Positions 24,397 through 37,581 of a stretch of 41,876 nucleotides of DNA are shown one piece after another. Where the stretch lies: NCBI GenBank assembly GCA_021432655.1, contig MU271229.1:91903-133778 (forward strand), written 5' to 3'. The notes beneath the pieces are model-generated. The model worked only from the letters and a program-made list of their open reading frames with translations, made no database searches and had not been told where the DNA came from. The translations under genes were made by a program, and so were the position numbers. This DNA comes from Atractiella rhizophila. Lineage: Eukaryota. How positions within the stretch are numbered: position 1 is the first letter of the stretch; each line of letters starts with the position of its first letter.

Positions 24397-25201
24397 ATGT
24401 CGCTCGCGAGGAAAGGATGTTTTAAATGTTCGTCTTCCTGGTCTTAGCGTACTCTTACCCTATGGGTTTCGTCGGCTGACAGCGGTGGTAAGGTGGCGAT
24501 CTTGGTCATATCGCCGAGAATTGTGGAGCGGAAGGTCGTCTTTGCTACACCTGCAAGCAACCAGGTTGGTCTCATTCTTTCATGCGTGCAGCTGGATGGC
24601 TTATTGGTCTTGCAGGCCATGAGAGCAGTGCATGTCCCAATCCAAAGACCAACGAGAACAAGCAGTGCTTCAACTGTGGTGGCACTGGACACATCCAGAT
24701 GGAATGCCCATCGCTGAAAGTATCGTATGGTTCCCGTTCAGGCACCAATATTCTGGAAACTGAGGGGTATGAACAGTGCCGGAGTACCCGCTGCCCCTGG
24801 AGCTAAATGCTTCAACTGTGGTCGTTTTGGCCACTTGGCGCGCAATTGTTTTGCCCCACCTGCTTCGGCTGGAGGAGCTGGAAGAGGAGCCAGCGGACCT
24901 GTTCGCTGTTACAAGTACATCATTCAATTGACCCCCAAAGGGAAGATATGCTGATGAACAATGTCAGGTGCAACGGCATCAATCACTTCGCCAGAGATTG
25001 CATGGCCCCAGCTGCAGTTGGAGGTGCTGGACGTGGGCGAGGAGCTGGAAATGGTGTACCTGTCGCCAAAAAGACCTGCTACAAATGCCACACAGAGGGA
25101 CATGTTCGTTTCTTTTCTTGGATACTCACACAGTGACTGACATCTCGTTTGACTAATAGATTGCGAAAGATTGCCCATTGTTGAAGGAGTTGTCTGCTTG
25201 A
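24397..25201 (+). CDS. CNBP/Gis2/Znf9-type CCHC zinc-knuckle RNA-binding protein (6 knuckles), multi-exon
   Basis: Six Cx2Cx4Hx4C units after splicing: CFKCGDLGHIAENC, CYTCKQPGHESSAC, CFNCGGTGHIQMEC, CFNCGRFGHLARNC, CYKCNGINHFARDC, CYKCHTEGHIAKDC, with GRG-rich linkers. Confidence 0.95.
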
Positions 25202-25686
25202 GACCAAGGTTCTGCCTTAGTCCCTCGATAAACAGATTGGCTGGATATTATCACGTGAAATGAACAATTATTGGTAGCTTTTTGCTTTTCAAAAATTTTG
25301 TCAAGCTTTCCGTTGAATAAACAATGAGCACGAGTAAGTTGAAAAATTGATTGGGGGAGTGAAAGGGGAACAATAGGATGAAACGTCCGAATGAGGGCAT
25401 CGCCGCGGCAATCTCCTGTCGGAGTTGTTTCCTCGATCGCTTTTGGGCAAAGTCGATAATTACACGTCCACACCCGCCTGAAAGACGAATTTCTTCAAAT
25501 TCCCTGTAAATACTTCTCAGGACTACACTCTCTCTGTCAGCTCTCCAGCAGCTCCTGTTGCCCGAGCTGACGCGAAGAGGAGCTCATTTGACTTCAGCGT
25601 CCCTACTCGCGACTTCCTCTTGACTCGTCCATTCCAAGTTATCACCTCTCAGTCTTTTCAGTGACAACCAACACAGTCAACATGTC

Positions 25687-26652
25687 ATGTCTACCATCCT
25701 TCACGATCATTCCCTCGTTATGGTGTTCTTCAGCATTCACTGCGTCGCTCCCTAACCGCACTCACTCCGCTGCCACTTCTGAGGCCACCAACTCGACTCA
25801 CCAGACAGCCACCTCTTTCAGCGCTACTTACCCAAGACATTCAGAACATTCCGCTTATCTTCGTATCATCAAAACCGGAAACCCAAGGTCTTCGAGATTC
25901 GGAATATTTGTAGTTCTTGAAGATGAGTTTCTGGGGTTGAAAGGTAACGCAGCGGAAAAGTACCCCCGAGAAGTGCGGATCAAGTTCAAAATCACCTTTG
26001 GAGATATTGTTAGTTTATTGCTTTGGGGATAAGTGGAGCTTACGAGTTAACAAAGGAACCGTGGCACGTCGCTTGCCACCTTGTTCCCGAACATCCCTCT
26101 GATCACCCTCCGCTCGACTTCTTGATCTACCTTACGGTCACTTCTCCCACCCTCTCCGGTCTGTCAGTCTCCTCCATACGAACATACTTCGATCCCTGGC
26201 GAAGCAAAGAGTCCTTCCGAGCACCAGTCACAACCTACTCTCCATCAGACGGCAGTGGGGCCGTACGAATTGGACGTTTCTTTCTCTTTCAACCATCGCC
26301 GGTGGAAATACGCCTACACGATTTACGAGAAGGGGAGACTATATTAGAGCAGCAGCAATCGGGAACAGGGAAATACGGCATTGTCAAACACGTGAAGCTC
26401 CTCTCCGGCTCGCGAGGTGGACAATCCATCGAGCTCTATTTTTTCCCTTATCTGCCTGCCACGGCGGGTAAAATTGCGAAGTGTCTATATGACAAGTCGA
26501 CGAGGAAGGCAAGGAAGATCTTGGGATTTGGAAATCGTTGGGAGGAGGGGAGGGAATTGATCATCGAGCGGGATGATGAAGAGAGCGAATTCGAGGAGGA
26601 CTTCGGGGAAGATGGCAGAGTCGAGATTCGTATAGGCAAGAGAGGCGGGTAG
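25687..26652 (+). CDS. Hypothetical protein, no family recognised
   Basis: Two long + ORFs (25661-26032 and 26023-26652) join in frame through a GTTAGT...AAAG intron at ~26009-26054. Start codon uncertain (25682 or 25687). Confidence 0.6.
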
Positions 26653-27040
26653 GACAACTCATCAGCGCAGATCATAACAGGTTCTCTCAGTAATTCCACA
26701 GCAGTATCCGCATCTATTGCGAAGTGCGCACGAGTATAACAGGCTTTTGTTGTGACCGATTTTCTCAAAGGCAGTATTCATCTATGTCCTGTATTTAACT
26801 CGCGCTTATCAACTCAACACTGCAAGCAGTAATCAGTAATACCATCCCTGCTGAGCGCATGACTTGTGGATGCCGTTACTTTGGGTCAATCGCTCCTCCT
26901 AACCTTTTCCTCTTCTCCACACTTCGCACATTGCAAATGCCTTCAGGATGACATGGAGTCCAACCAGACCTAACTACGAAGCACAACCAGGGGAAAAGAT
27001 AAGTAAATAACAGAACATTAGTACATCAGTCAAGCGGATA

Positions 27041-27644
27041 ATGGAAATCAAGAAATTTGAAGAAGGAGCGTCTCCGGAAGACCGAGTCGCGTTTGCAGAT
27101 TTCTTGACGACTATACCTCCGGACTCTTTCAAAGCCACACGGGAGTGCGTTCACTCCAGTTCCTCCTCCTTCAACATCCGCTAACATGAAGTTGTGCAGG
27201 GAACTGTTGTCCACGGCTTTCTCCCTCTGCTGGGACTTCCGTGTGAGGGCTCCAGTCGAGAAACTCTTGTCGCACTTCGACCATCGCGCGGTCTGTATCG
27301 AGCATGGTCATCCCAACATCGCACCTTTCCTCGGCCGTCAGTTCCGCACTACACCTGGCGTTGAGGGGTACTTCAAGCTGCTCTCCCGCTTCGTCAAGTA
27401 CCGAGACATCGATTTCCCAGTGGACGACTTCACCGTCGATTTAGATAAGGCTGTGGTTCATTGTACGGGCGAGGGATACTTTACTTGGATACCGACAGGT
27501 ATCGAGTGGAAGGAGACATTCACTTACAGGCTTGTGATTGTGAAAAGGAAGATCATGTGGTATGAAGTTTGGGCGGACGCTGGGAGCATGTTGCTCGCAA
27601 AGATGGGGATTGAGGCTGCAAATTCGAAAACAATACAATCGTGA
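27041..27644 (+). CDS. Conserved fungal NTF2/SnoaL-like protein, 2 exons
   Basis: ATG 27041, intron GTGCGT...CAG at ~27145-27199. Motifs LLSHF, IEHGHPNIAPFLGRQF, GVEGYF, FTWIPTGIEWKETFTYRL and YEVWADAG fit a SnoaL-like fold pattern. Confidence 0.75.
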
Positions 27645-27859
27645 AGATGAGGTTTAGCTGCCAACTGTCAAATCTTTGATGATTCATGCATAGAACGATT
27701 TGTCAAGTCATGGAGTCTGACCGACGTATCAACTTTGTATCATCAGTTATCCACATAGTTAGAACAAGACCTTTATGCACAGAGCCACACAAATTTTTGG
27801 AAAGAGGATCTCAAAAAGGATAGCGCTTCCGCTTTAGAAAAGTCCTAGAAATCAACTGT

Positions 27860-30800
27860 TTATCGTTTGGCATAACGCTGTCAATGACGTGGTCAAAAAG
27901 TGCCTTCAGTGAATTATGAATGAAGACGTACTAGGAATGTAGAAGCCACCACTGTTACCACTGCATTAAACACGGTATAAACCTAGAAACAAAGAACATC
28001 ATCCAACTAGATCAGAATCAAGCTTAGGGGGACTTACCACTAAGAACCCGAAGTTCCTGTACCTGTCACCGAAGCTAATCTGAAGAGGTGTGTAGAACTA
28101 TACCGTAATGTCAGGTACAAGAAAGATCAGGACGGAAGGGCCTGACCTCGTCTCCCACCTTGATGGGGCAGTATGAACACTCTGACGTAGCGGTAGGGTT
28201 GGCGAGGTAACCAGCAGTAGCGTTCACGAATGGCCCAGCCCACTGATCGCAAGTTTGGCCAGTCGGAGGGTCAAACACAAACAGTTCTGAGTCGTTGCAT
28301 GTGATCTCCAAACCCTTCAGTAGGCATTAGCCGTCTCCCAGTGATGGTGAAAGCACAGACGAACGTGAAGTTCGTTCGATACTAATCCGCCTATAAGGTA
28401 CGTCAGTGGATCGACGTAGTACAGCCCTTAGCATTCGTATGAGCGTTTGACACAAGATGGAAAGACGAGGTGCTGGTCTTACACGATCTCCAAAACTTTG
28501 GCATTTGTGGATACGGTATGGTAACCTAGGTGGCATCCATCAGCACAGAAGTGGTGCATAAAAGGAATCAAGACATACACCAGCGAACAGTGTGGTAATA
28601 ATCAAGAGGAAGGGATTGACCATTGCTGCGATGAAAATAGAAGGAGAGAGAGCTGCTATAGCTTGGCCTATGGTTACTGCCCACAGTTCCACGATCATCA
28701 CGATGAGGAAAGCATAACCAGCACGATCGCTTGACGTGTTGAAACCAGTTGGGTAGTACAAACAGATGAAGAATCCCACTCCGCACAAAACCGAATAAGG
28801 TAGCTCGGCGATCAATTGGGAGATTGAGAAGACAGTGGGGGAGTACATTTTGCTACTGGCTTCTCGAATGAAGACCTGACGAGCCATGATGAAGGTTGGT
28901 TCGATTTGTGAGATGATTATGGCTGTGTAGAAACAGGTCAGCTGGAGATGGAGCCGGAAAGGGTTCAGGGACAAACCAGGCATGACGGTAACAATGAAAA
29001 GGGAGAAAACTCTGTACTGCAGGCCGACGTAGTTTGCTGGGACGTTTAGGAACGTAAGTCCCGTGAGAAGCGCGATGACAACCTAAATATGATTTGCTAA
29101 GCACGAGGATGAGCCCCGACGTGTACTTACGTGTGCGAAGAGGCGAGTAAAGACATAGTCTGGGGATCTCCACAGGCTGCGATTGGTTCTTTCGATCACA
29201 ACCTTGAATTGCTGTTTGTGGTACCATTTAGTGAAAGACTTTCAGGCAAGCACAAACATACTGTAGACCACGGTGCGGCATATTCCAGGATCTTCTCATC
29301 AGAAACATCAGGTTCTGCCGCAGCCTGCTTGTTGATATCCGCGATCTCTCTCCTGACCTGCTGGAACTCCTCAGAGTCTCGCCATCGATCTCCCCAATCC
29401 TTGTTACCAATGCGTTTTTGGGATCCAGCTCCTTCATTTCGGTACAATGCGTGAGTTCATTCCGGAAATCTAGAGGGAGAGATAGGACGAACCAATGGCA
29501 TCCAACATGAATTCTGCCGGATTAGCGTTCGGAGGGCATTTAGCACCATTTTTTGCAAAGTAATCCCGTAGAACCTGCGAGTCTTTGCCGATTGGACCGA
29601 AGTAAACGCAGTTCCCGCCGTCTTTCAGAAGGAGCAGACGGTCAAAGTGCTCGAAAAGGAGAGCGTTAGGTTGATGGATAGTGCAGAGGATGCTTTGTCC
29701 TGCAGCCGCGAGTTTGCGAAGAAATCGAACGATGTTATAAGCAGATTGGCCCTTCATCCAAGTTCAATATGCGCGCGCCGCTTGAATAGGATACCTACGT
29801 CGAGACCAGAAGTAGGCTCGTCCAAAAACAGGAGGAGCTGAGGTTTGGCTGCCAACTCAACACCAATTGTAAGACGTTTCCTTGCTTCCACTCCCAAACC
29901 GAAACCGGGGAAACCAATCATGGAATCTGCGAGATCTTCCATCTCAAGCAGCTGGATAATCTCTTCGCAATACGCATCCTTTTCTTCCTTCGATACATGG
30001 ACTGGTTGACGAAGATAAGCAGAGAATCTGAAAGCTTCTCTGACGGTGGACGTGTATTGATGCGTGTCCAGTTGCTCGACGTCTAACATGTTCCATTAGT
30101 TGCAACATAACATGACAGGAAAAAAACCTACAGGCAGTTCCTCTCTGAAAATCCTTTCCGAACGCCCTTCCATTCACCAAGATATCTCCACCAATAACGC
30201 CAATCGTCTTGCGATCTGACAACTGTACAGCTTATCTTTAAAGAGTCCACTTTAGAAGGAAGGACTACGGACGACGTCGAGGAGGGTGGTTTTACCGGCA
30301 CCAGAAGCACCCATAAGTGCTGTCAGCGTGCCAGGTTTGACATAACCATAAACTTCATTCAGCAGTCTCCTTTTCCCACTACAAGTCATGTTACACATGG
30401 TCTACATGCAGGTCAGACTGCTTACCCAGGTACAGGGACATCGTAAATAACTTTCTCCCAAGTGAACGGAACTCGCTTCGTCGTGAGAGCTGAAAGGTCC
30501 TGAGTTCTCTTCCCACTCCTAAAATCTGCCTTGTTCGCTTGTAAATGCTCGTTAAGTTCTTTTAGTTCCTTGAGCCGGATCAGATTCATAGAATGGAGGT
30601 CGGCAAGTGACTTACTTTATTCTCCTTTTTGTAAACCTGAATCGCGGGCATGCCTTGACCAAGTCTGAGGTAAGTCGCCGCAAGCTGACGTAAAGGAGTG
30701 AGCCAAGTTTGCCTTATATTTGACGAGGACGCACGCATTGTAAGGTCATGAAAAGGGTGAAGTAAGCAACTAGGAATCCAAAGTTCCTCCAAGCTACTCC

Positions 30801-33755
30801 AGTCTCGTACTGGAATGCTGCGGAGATGTAATCTCCTCCACGAACGTACGGCTCCGCTGGGCGAGCACCTGTGGCGGCACAATTAATAGCAATATCAAGT
30901 AAGGAGAGCACTAACCAGGCAGAGTGCACACTTGATTCGGGCCAAGATCATTGGGATAACTATCAACGACTCCAGGTACATTACGTGGTATGACGTTACC
31001 GCCAGTGCAGAGCAGTTCCAGACCTTCAAATTCGTTGGACATCAAACCTTGGAATCCCCAGTTTACGGGATTGGCGTAGTACCTGGGTATCGTCTTGGTT
31101 AGCCGTTGAGTTGGCACCTGTTGAGAATACTTGCAGCCAGAAGAGCTGTTTTTGCATTCCAAAGACCGTCAGCTCTGTCTGCGGAGAGTGGGTGGAGATG
31201 GCGCACCCAACGTTTCATGCTGAAGACAGGAATGAGATAGCCGGAGTAGAGCACCATAGCGGACACAATTGCGGCAGCAAATCGAGCGGCAACATCGAAT
31301 GAGATGCAGCAGGCACCGAGCAATCTGAAGAACGAGGCGAGGGCGAGGAAGCCCATAAAAACCAAAGCCAGGAACGTGAAGAATGCGCCAGCAGTTCCTT
31401 TTAGACCTGTCATCCAGTAGAGGATTAGGGAGAAGAAGAGTATCTGTTCATGAATCAATAGATGACCTTATGTATCGTGTGCATACCTGGAAAAAGTTGA
31501 TTCTGTCACGGTTTTCAGTTGGAATGCGCTACAAGAGTCAACAAAAGCTCACGGGATGTCAGCCAGAGTGGAAGCGATTGATAGAGCCGCCGGCCGGTAG
31601 AAAGCAAAACCGCGATGCCTCCAGAGAATAGGACGACCTAGCATTTGAGTCGGAAGTTCGTTGAAAGCGTTGAAACTGTTCAAGAGCAAAGCCAAGAAAA
31701 GAACACCACCACGAGTGAAAGCGCCAGCTGAAGTTTCAGGAAGGTTGAGGTAGACAGAACCGGTGATGATGGCGATGGTGATACTGGTGATGTAAGCCAC
31801 AGAGAGCCCTAGACAACAAAATCATCAGAATTGCAGTCAAGAGATGGGAAAGACATACCTAGGGTGTCTTGAATACGAAGCCGAAACTGTCTCACGGTCA
31901 AGGCCCATATCTGATCCAAGAACGAGACCTGGTATGGGCTTTTCCCGGAGAGAACAAGCGGCTGTTTTGCGATTTTATGAAGGAACCTAAGCTCCTTTTC
32001 AAACTCGGGGAGCGCCTTCTCTACCTCCTCCTTGTATTCCCGCATATCCTCCATCAACACTTTGTTGTAGGAGCTCTTGAGGAACGCCTCTTCCAGCTGC
32101 TCCGGAGTTGAGGGCACACTAGAAGCGTCCTTGCCGTCTTGAAATCGACGTTCGTTGGGATCAGTGCAACCGGTAAGGTAATCGGCAGTGGTTTGACGAG
32201 GAAGGTCTGCAAAACCGAGAGACACGAAGTATGCTCGAGCCTCTGCCGCTGGACCATAAAAGACACATCGTCCGTCTGTGGAATATGTTGAGCGAAATTA
32301 GATGACAAGCCAGAGGAATGTACCGTCAATTACCATAACTTGGTCAAATTGCTCGTATATCCCTTCTCCCGCTTGATAAAGCGAAACGAACGTTGTTCCG
32401 TCGAAAACATCCGTCATCACTCTCAAGGACTTAGCGTAATCCAGAGCGGTAGAAGCGTCAAGACCGCTATATACTCCATCATCACTAATAATGACAACTA
32501 TGAAAGACGAACCGGGTCGAGTTATCCCAAGCCTGTACGATCGCTCTGGTGACCATCATTTCGGCAATCGACACCCTCTTCCTCTCTCCTCCAGAGACGC
32601 CTCTCACAAACTCATTTCCAACAAGGGTATTCTTCGTGTGCGGGATGCCCAAGATCTTAAGAAGGTATTCAACAATCTTAGTCCTGAAAGCTGCTCGGGA
32701 TTTTTCGTCCGCGAGACGCAGTTGATGAGGAGGCGTTTTGTTCCGGAGGGCAAACTCCAACGTCTGCTGGACCGTCAAGGTAGGCAAATGATTTTCGTCT
32801 TCGGGGCAGTAAACGACCTCCCCTTCGTACCTTCCATGCCTCCCAAAATTCTCAGCTGCCAAACCGCCGTAGGTCACGTCCCCTTCGACGCTCAGAAAGC
32901 CAACCCGCTGGTTGGATATATTCTACAACAAACTTCAGTAACGCGTAGAAATGCGCTGGACACATACCTTGAGGAACGTTGTGCACCCGCTGCCGGGTCG
33001 ACCGAGCACCAGACACATTTCTCCTGGTCTGAGAAATCCATTGAAGTTGTGAAGAAGGGTTTTGGTCTAGATCAACTTCAGTATCGTGCGAAAGGACTAG
33101 AATTGAGCCACCTTGGGAGCAAATTTCGGGAGCTTCATCATAAGAGGGAAGACAGGTGAGAGGAAGAACTCGATGACAGCGTTCGGGAAGGTCCTGATGT
33201 TGATCTACGCCTTTTTGAGTTTCAATTTGTGGCAAAGAAGAGATAATTGACCTTGATGCCTCCAGTTCCTTTTACAGTCAAGTTTTGCCATATAACACCC
33301 AACTTCCTCGCACCAGAACCAGTGAACTTCTCCTGCCGTCCTTCCTCAGCGGTTCCCATCTCCAAATCACCTTTCTTCATCTTCTTCGCCCTCTCCCTCT
33401 TCGCCTCCTCCAGTACTGCATCTCTTCTCTCTTTGTCACCTTTCAAATATTCAAGCAAGTTAAACTCTTCATCTTCATCTTCTTCTGCGACATCCTTAAG
33501 AGCTGGGGATCCACCCTCTTCCAGCTGCGAGCTCTTCCGTGTGGATTGCCCTCGGAGGTGTTCTTGTAAAGAAGCGAGTTCGACTTTTGCAGCATTGGTC
33601 GACAGAGGATGCTCTGAAGGGGACTGCTCTGGAGTTGGAACCCTCGTGTGGTTGTCTGAGTGGACTGGTGCGATCAATCAGTCCTTCGTACCAGTGAAGA
33701 GTACAGAGCTAAAAAGGAACGCGAAACTGAGGGGTCGCTTACTTGAGTCCGTCAT
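27860..33755 (-). CDS. PDR-type (ABCG, SNQ2-like) pleiotropic drug resistance ABC transporter, multi-exon
   Basis: NBD1: [42 protein letters not shown]2: [64 protein letters not shown] extracellular Cys motifs present. Ends RYAKR-TAA at 27860. Confidence 0.97.
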
Positions 33756-34880
33756 TGCGACAACCCGATTGCGCTTCCCTTCAACTCACTGACAAGTCAG
33801 ATGGAAGAGAGGAAAGATATTTGGCAATGGGGGACTTTTAGCCCCACCTGCCCCGCTGGTTTTGTACCAAGCGGATGAAGCCTTCGCAATCGCCACGGCT
33901 AAGGTCAAACTCCTGACCTTGACTTTGAAAGCCACAAGTTCCTCTCTTTCATGCTTAGCTAACTCCACTGAGAACAATAACACATACCGGCGGCATTGTT
34001 TGCATTGTGGGGCATCTGTCAACATGTCCATGTCAATGGCGGAGTCCAGCGAGCGAGTAGTCCGCGCGAACCGTGGTTCTTTGCAGGAAGCGTCGACCTG
34101 AGGAGTTGGAGTGAGTAGCTTTAAAGCTCGTCCAAAAGTGAATGCCAGTGTGCATGTTAGCGAAAGTGATGGTTTCTTCAAGTCGTAATATTGGAGAGAG
34201 ATCATTCGCTTGAAACGCAGAGTCTGCTTGTGGGATTTCGGAGTTGTGTTTCGATCACCACAGTGGGCCAGTGGGCACTTCTTTTCTCTTCAGTTCCGCA
34301 CCTGCTGCAGAGCCTAAGAGTTTGCATTGACGTTTCTTATTGATGCGCAGAGAGCGCTGAACCCACTGGGTTCAAAGAAGGAGACCCACAGGTGTGAGAA
34401 CTTGCTGCCAGTGGCTCCCACACCATCATGTCACTGCTCCACGACGACGAGGAGATCTGCCTCCTCACTGGCATCTCCCTATTCGGAGGTAGCTTTAACA
34501 TCAAACACCCCGCTTCCATTTTAGCACCATCATCGACACCGTCTACATTCTATCGATGCTTCATAACAGCAACGAACAACCCACACACTGCAATGGCTAA
34601 GCCTCCAAGTCTCGAGCCCCGCTAGCTATTGGCTGGAAGGAATTCAGCATCATGGAATGTATGTCGTTCCACTCCCGTATCCTGCCTCTTCCTCATCTTT
34701 TCCGAACTGTTTCAAGGGCTCCTTAAGCTGAGGCAGGTTATACGGTTTGGCGAAATGTCAAAGAGCTTGGGCTAATGTGTTAGCCTTGTTCACGCCCCGA
34801 AATAACTTTACTTATATGTCGATAGACAGGCGATGGGGTAACGATGATTCTGTCATAACCGTTTTCTAAGTAGCGAAAGC

Positions 34881-35180
34881 TCATCTAATCCTTCTGTCAG
34901 CATTGCGGCTGTCAACACCGCAATGTTTTCTGGGACGGTGCTCCACAACCTTCTTCATCCTCCCGAGAATAGTTTCGTCTAGCCACACATGCTTGATGAC
35001 ACCGTACCCTGTCCCGTCTTCAAACTCGCAAGTCCAAACTTGTGTACCGCTCCCCGTAATCGAGTGCTTTTGAAACAACCCTTCTGTCATGACGTTAGAT
35101 GGCTGCCCCTCGACCTTCACAACTCCAGCTGTAGTTTATTTCCCCCCAAGCACTTATCGTGTTTCCTCTCCCATCCGTCA
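34881..35180 (-). pseudogene. Fragment resembling the N-lobe of a fungal-specific FunK1 (Pkinase_fungal) kinase
   Basis: LFQKHSITGSGTQVW...GVIKHVW resembles the FunK1 LF.R.SL.GRGT.VW...VIKD.W pattern. No downstream HRD/DFD-type motifs found and the frame stops at 34881. Confidence 0.45.
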
Positions 35181-36387
35181 AGCGTACCTGACACAGTTCA
35201 TTGGATCACCTATTAATGTATGCCCCATCCTACGTCCTACCAAAGGCAGCCGAGACTGACGTGTTGCATGTTGTCAGATTGGATCATCGGCATCATCTTC
35301 CTCGTCGCCATCAGACTGCTCATCGTGAAGATGACGAGGAACCCTCGCAATGTTCGGGAATAGGTTCAAAATGCTCTGGCTTCATCCTTCACACGAATCT
35401 CCGGTAGGAGCTGATGGTCAGTGACTCTCAGTCTCGAGGGGTGAAACATACGCTTGTTTCCCTGTCGCATCGCGACGAAGAAAATGGGTTTGAAACCACC
35501 CCGATAGTAACCCTCTCTTTCGACGAACGATCGAAAATATGCGACGGGCGGCAACATGGGTTCCTCCAATCCTGGACCATCTTCTCTCTCACTCCCACAA
35601 AAGGATGGAAAGGGAAATGTAGGATGAATCAGATCGTCTATGCTTGCAACATGCTGTAGTGGATGAAGGTTCATGCGGTAAGGAGTGGAAGGAGCAGGGA
35701 AATGAAGGAGGATACTGGTGGAGAAGAGGGAGTGGATAGAGCCGCTCACGGGAAGTGGAAAGAAAAGGGGAACTGTGGAGGAGGATCAATTCGCCTGGTG
35801 TTATCCATGAGTTATTCAGTGTCTCATATCCGTATGCAGATGTCTCAATGCAAACCAAACCGACGTTTTCTCGTGCAGTCAAGACAAAGGTGTCTGCCGA
35901 ACCACCCGAGTGTCTCAACTCCATCATATCTCCTTTTGACGTCGGCAAGCGCAAGCGGCCCTTCGATCCACGAGGGAACGATTGCGGCTTTCCCTGCCCC
36001 TCAAACAATTTGCTCGACTGGCCTTTATGATGCGGCAACAGGGAGGGGGGAGTATCAGCAGTGATATGCGGGACAGCGGCCACGTAACCCTTGAACCAAC
36101 AGCGCACTTTCAGCACACCCGTCGCCCAAAGGCTGGAAGTTGGTCGGCGATAAAATTGGTCGACTAGTTCTGACCTGCTTTTTGGCTGCAAATTTTCTCA
36201 AGCGCAAAATCATTTTTCGCTTGCAGCCTAACCCGCCGCTTGCGGAAACCCCTAGGAGCGACCAGTTTGCCGGGGGCAAAATATGGAGCGTCGGTTTTGG
36301 TAGTTCTTTGTCTTCCCAAAATGATGGATGTGGTGACAGATCAGGCAGCGACGGATTTGTAGAGACGAACGCGGGGAGTTGATCAGG

Positions 36388-36435
36388 AGCAGCAGGGTTA
36401 ACCTGAAGATTAGCAGGAGGGTTAACATGAAGGTT
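36388..36435. repeat. 24-bp tandem duplication inside the Q/P-rich minus-strand ORF (NLHVNPPA / NLQVNPAA)
   Basis: agcagcagggttaacctgaagatt / agcaggagggttaacatgaaggtt, 3 mismatches. Confidence 0.8.
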
Positions 36436-37014
36436 AGGCACAGCGGGTACAACAGTGTGGAGTTGCCGATGGTGAAATGGATATGATAATTTGTGCCCGG
36501 GTGGAAGTAGCGGTCGCATGAAAGGCTCCAGCAGGAGAGGTTGGATTACATTTTGTGTAACAAACGTAATCTGCGGCTGCAACTGAGGAGGGTGGAAATT
36601 ATGGGAAGGAGCCGAAGTTCCCCAGACCCGGCTGCTCATATTTTGATTCGGATAGGATGTCATGCGTTGTCCTTCAGGCTGCCATTGAGATTGCTTCTGA
36701 TCATCTTTCGTTGCCGGTACAAGGAGATCCGAATTCTCACGTTTCCTCTTCTTCCCTGCTATTCCCTCACTGTCATCGTCGTCTTGAGTGAGTAACAAAC
36801 GCGGAACGACAAGAAGGAAACATCTGTCCCCTTCCTTAATATTTTCTGATACTCTCCGTCCTGGATCATCGATAAAAGAGGTGAACGGGGGTTCAGCAAA
36901 AGCGCCAGAGAAGGATGTGCCGACTGTCTCATCTGCGGGTCCTAAGGGTGTGATTTTGACGTTATTTTGTGCCGTGGAAGAAGGGTTCTCGGAATCGGAG
37001 GTTACAGTGATGTT

Positions 37015-37520
37015 CCATTCTACCGTGAGGAAAAATTGCTTTCGTCTGGAAAAGTCAACAATGAAAGCAAGTCAGCACACCACGACTGCTATGGAAGAAG
37101 TCGAAAGCGCGCTTATCATCCCATTTGCTACTATTCAACTCTCTTCGCTCCATGCCATGCCGACGGGCATTCGCCTCACAATCCGTCCGTGCCTCTGAAT
37201 TCTCCTCTCCCACTCAATCCGTTTCTTACTCCTCCAATTCTCTGTCAAAAACGGGTCACGTTTCACGTCTCCCAAACCATTCCCACCCCTCCAAATATCT
37301 CAAATCATTGCCCATCTCCATATATCCATACTGCTTCAGAGGAACGTATCCCGCCACATCTCTGAGCCCATCGTTCGCCAAAGTTCAAAATTGATTTGTG
37401 AGCCTGGACACACGCAGCCCTGCAGGTTCGAAGAGAACAGCGAGGACAGGTATATTTAGATGGGCCCAACTGGCAGAATCGGATGTGCCGTTGTTGGTGG
37501 CAAATGCAACGGGGACTCTC
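37015..37520 (-). pseudogene. BCD1: Frameshifted copy of the N-terminal half of BCD1 (box C/D snoRNA biogenesis factor, zf-HIT/ZNHIT6)
   Basis: Blocks in BCD1 order but in different frames: CQLGPSKYTCPRCSLRTCRAACVQAHK, DGLRDVAGYVPLKQYGYMEMGNDLRYLE, IVRRMPVGM/ERRELNSSKWDDK, RKQFFLTVEW. About 4 frameshifts, including a CATGC tandem duplication at 37151-37160. Confidence 0.8.
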
Positions 37521-37581
37521 GATAACAGGATCAGGGGCTTTCTTCTGAGAACATAACCACGAACCACGAACCAACACAAAC

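Noticed and set aside
29785..29800. GTATCCT (U12-type donor-like) in a PDR intron
   Set aside because: The frame-preserving donor is the upstream GTAGGT, so this is a normal U2 intron.
32975..33010. Cys in place of Lys in the PDR NBD1 Walker A (GSGCTT)
   Set aside because: A normal feature of fungal PDR transporters.
32491..33792. Long + strand ORFs (222 aa and 181 aa)
   Set aside because: Antisense to PDR transporter exons; no independent motifs.
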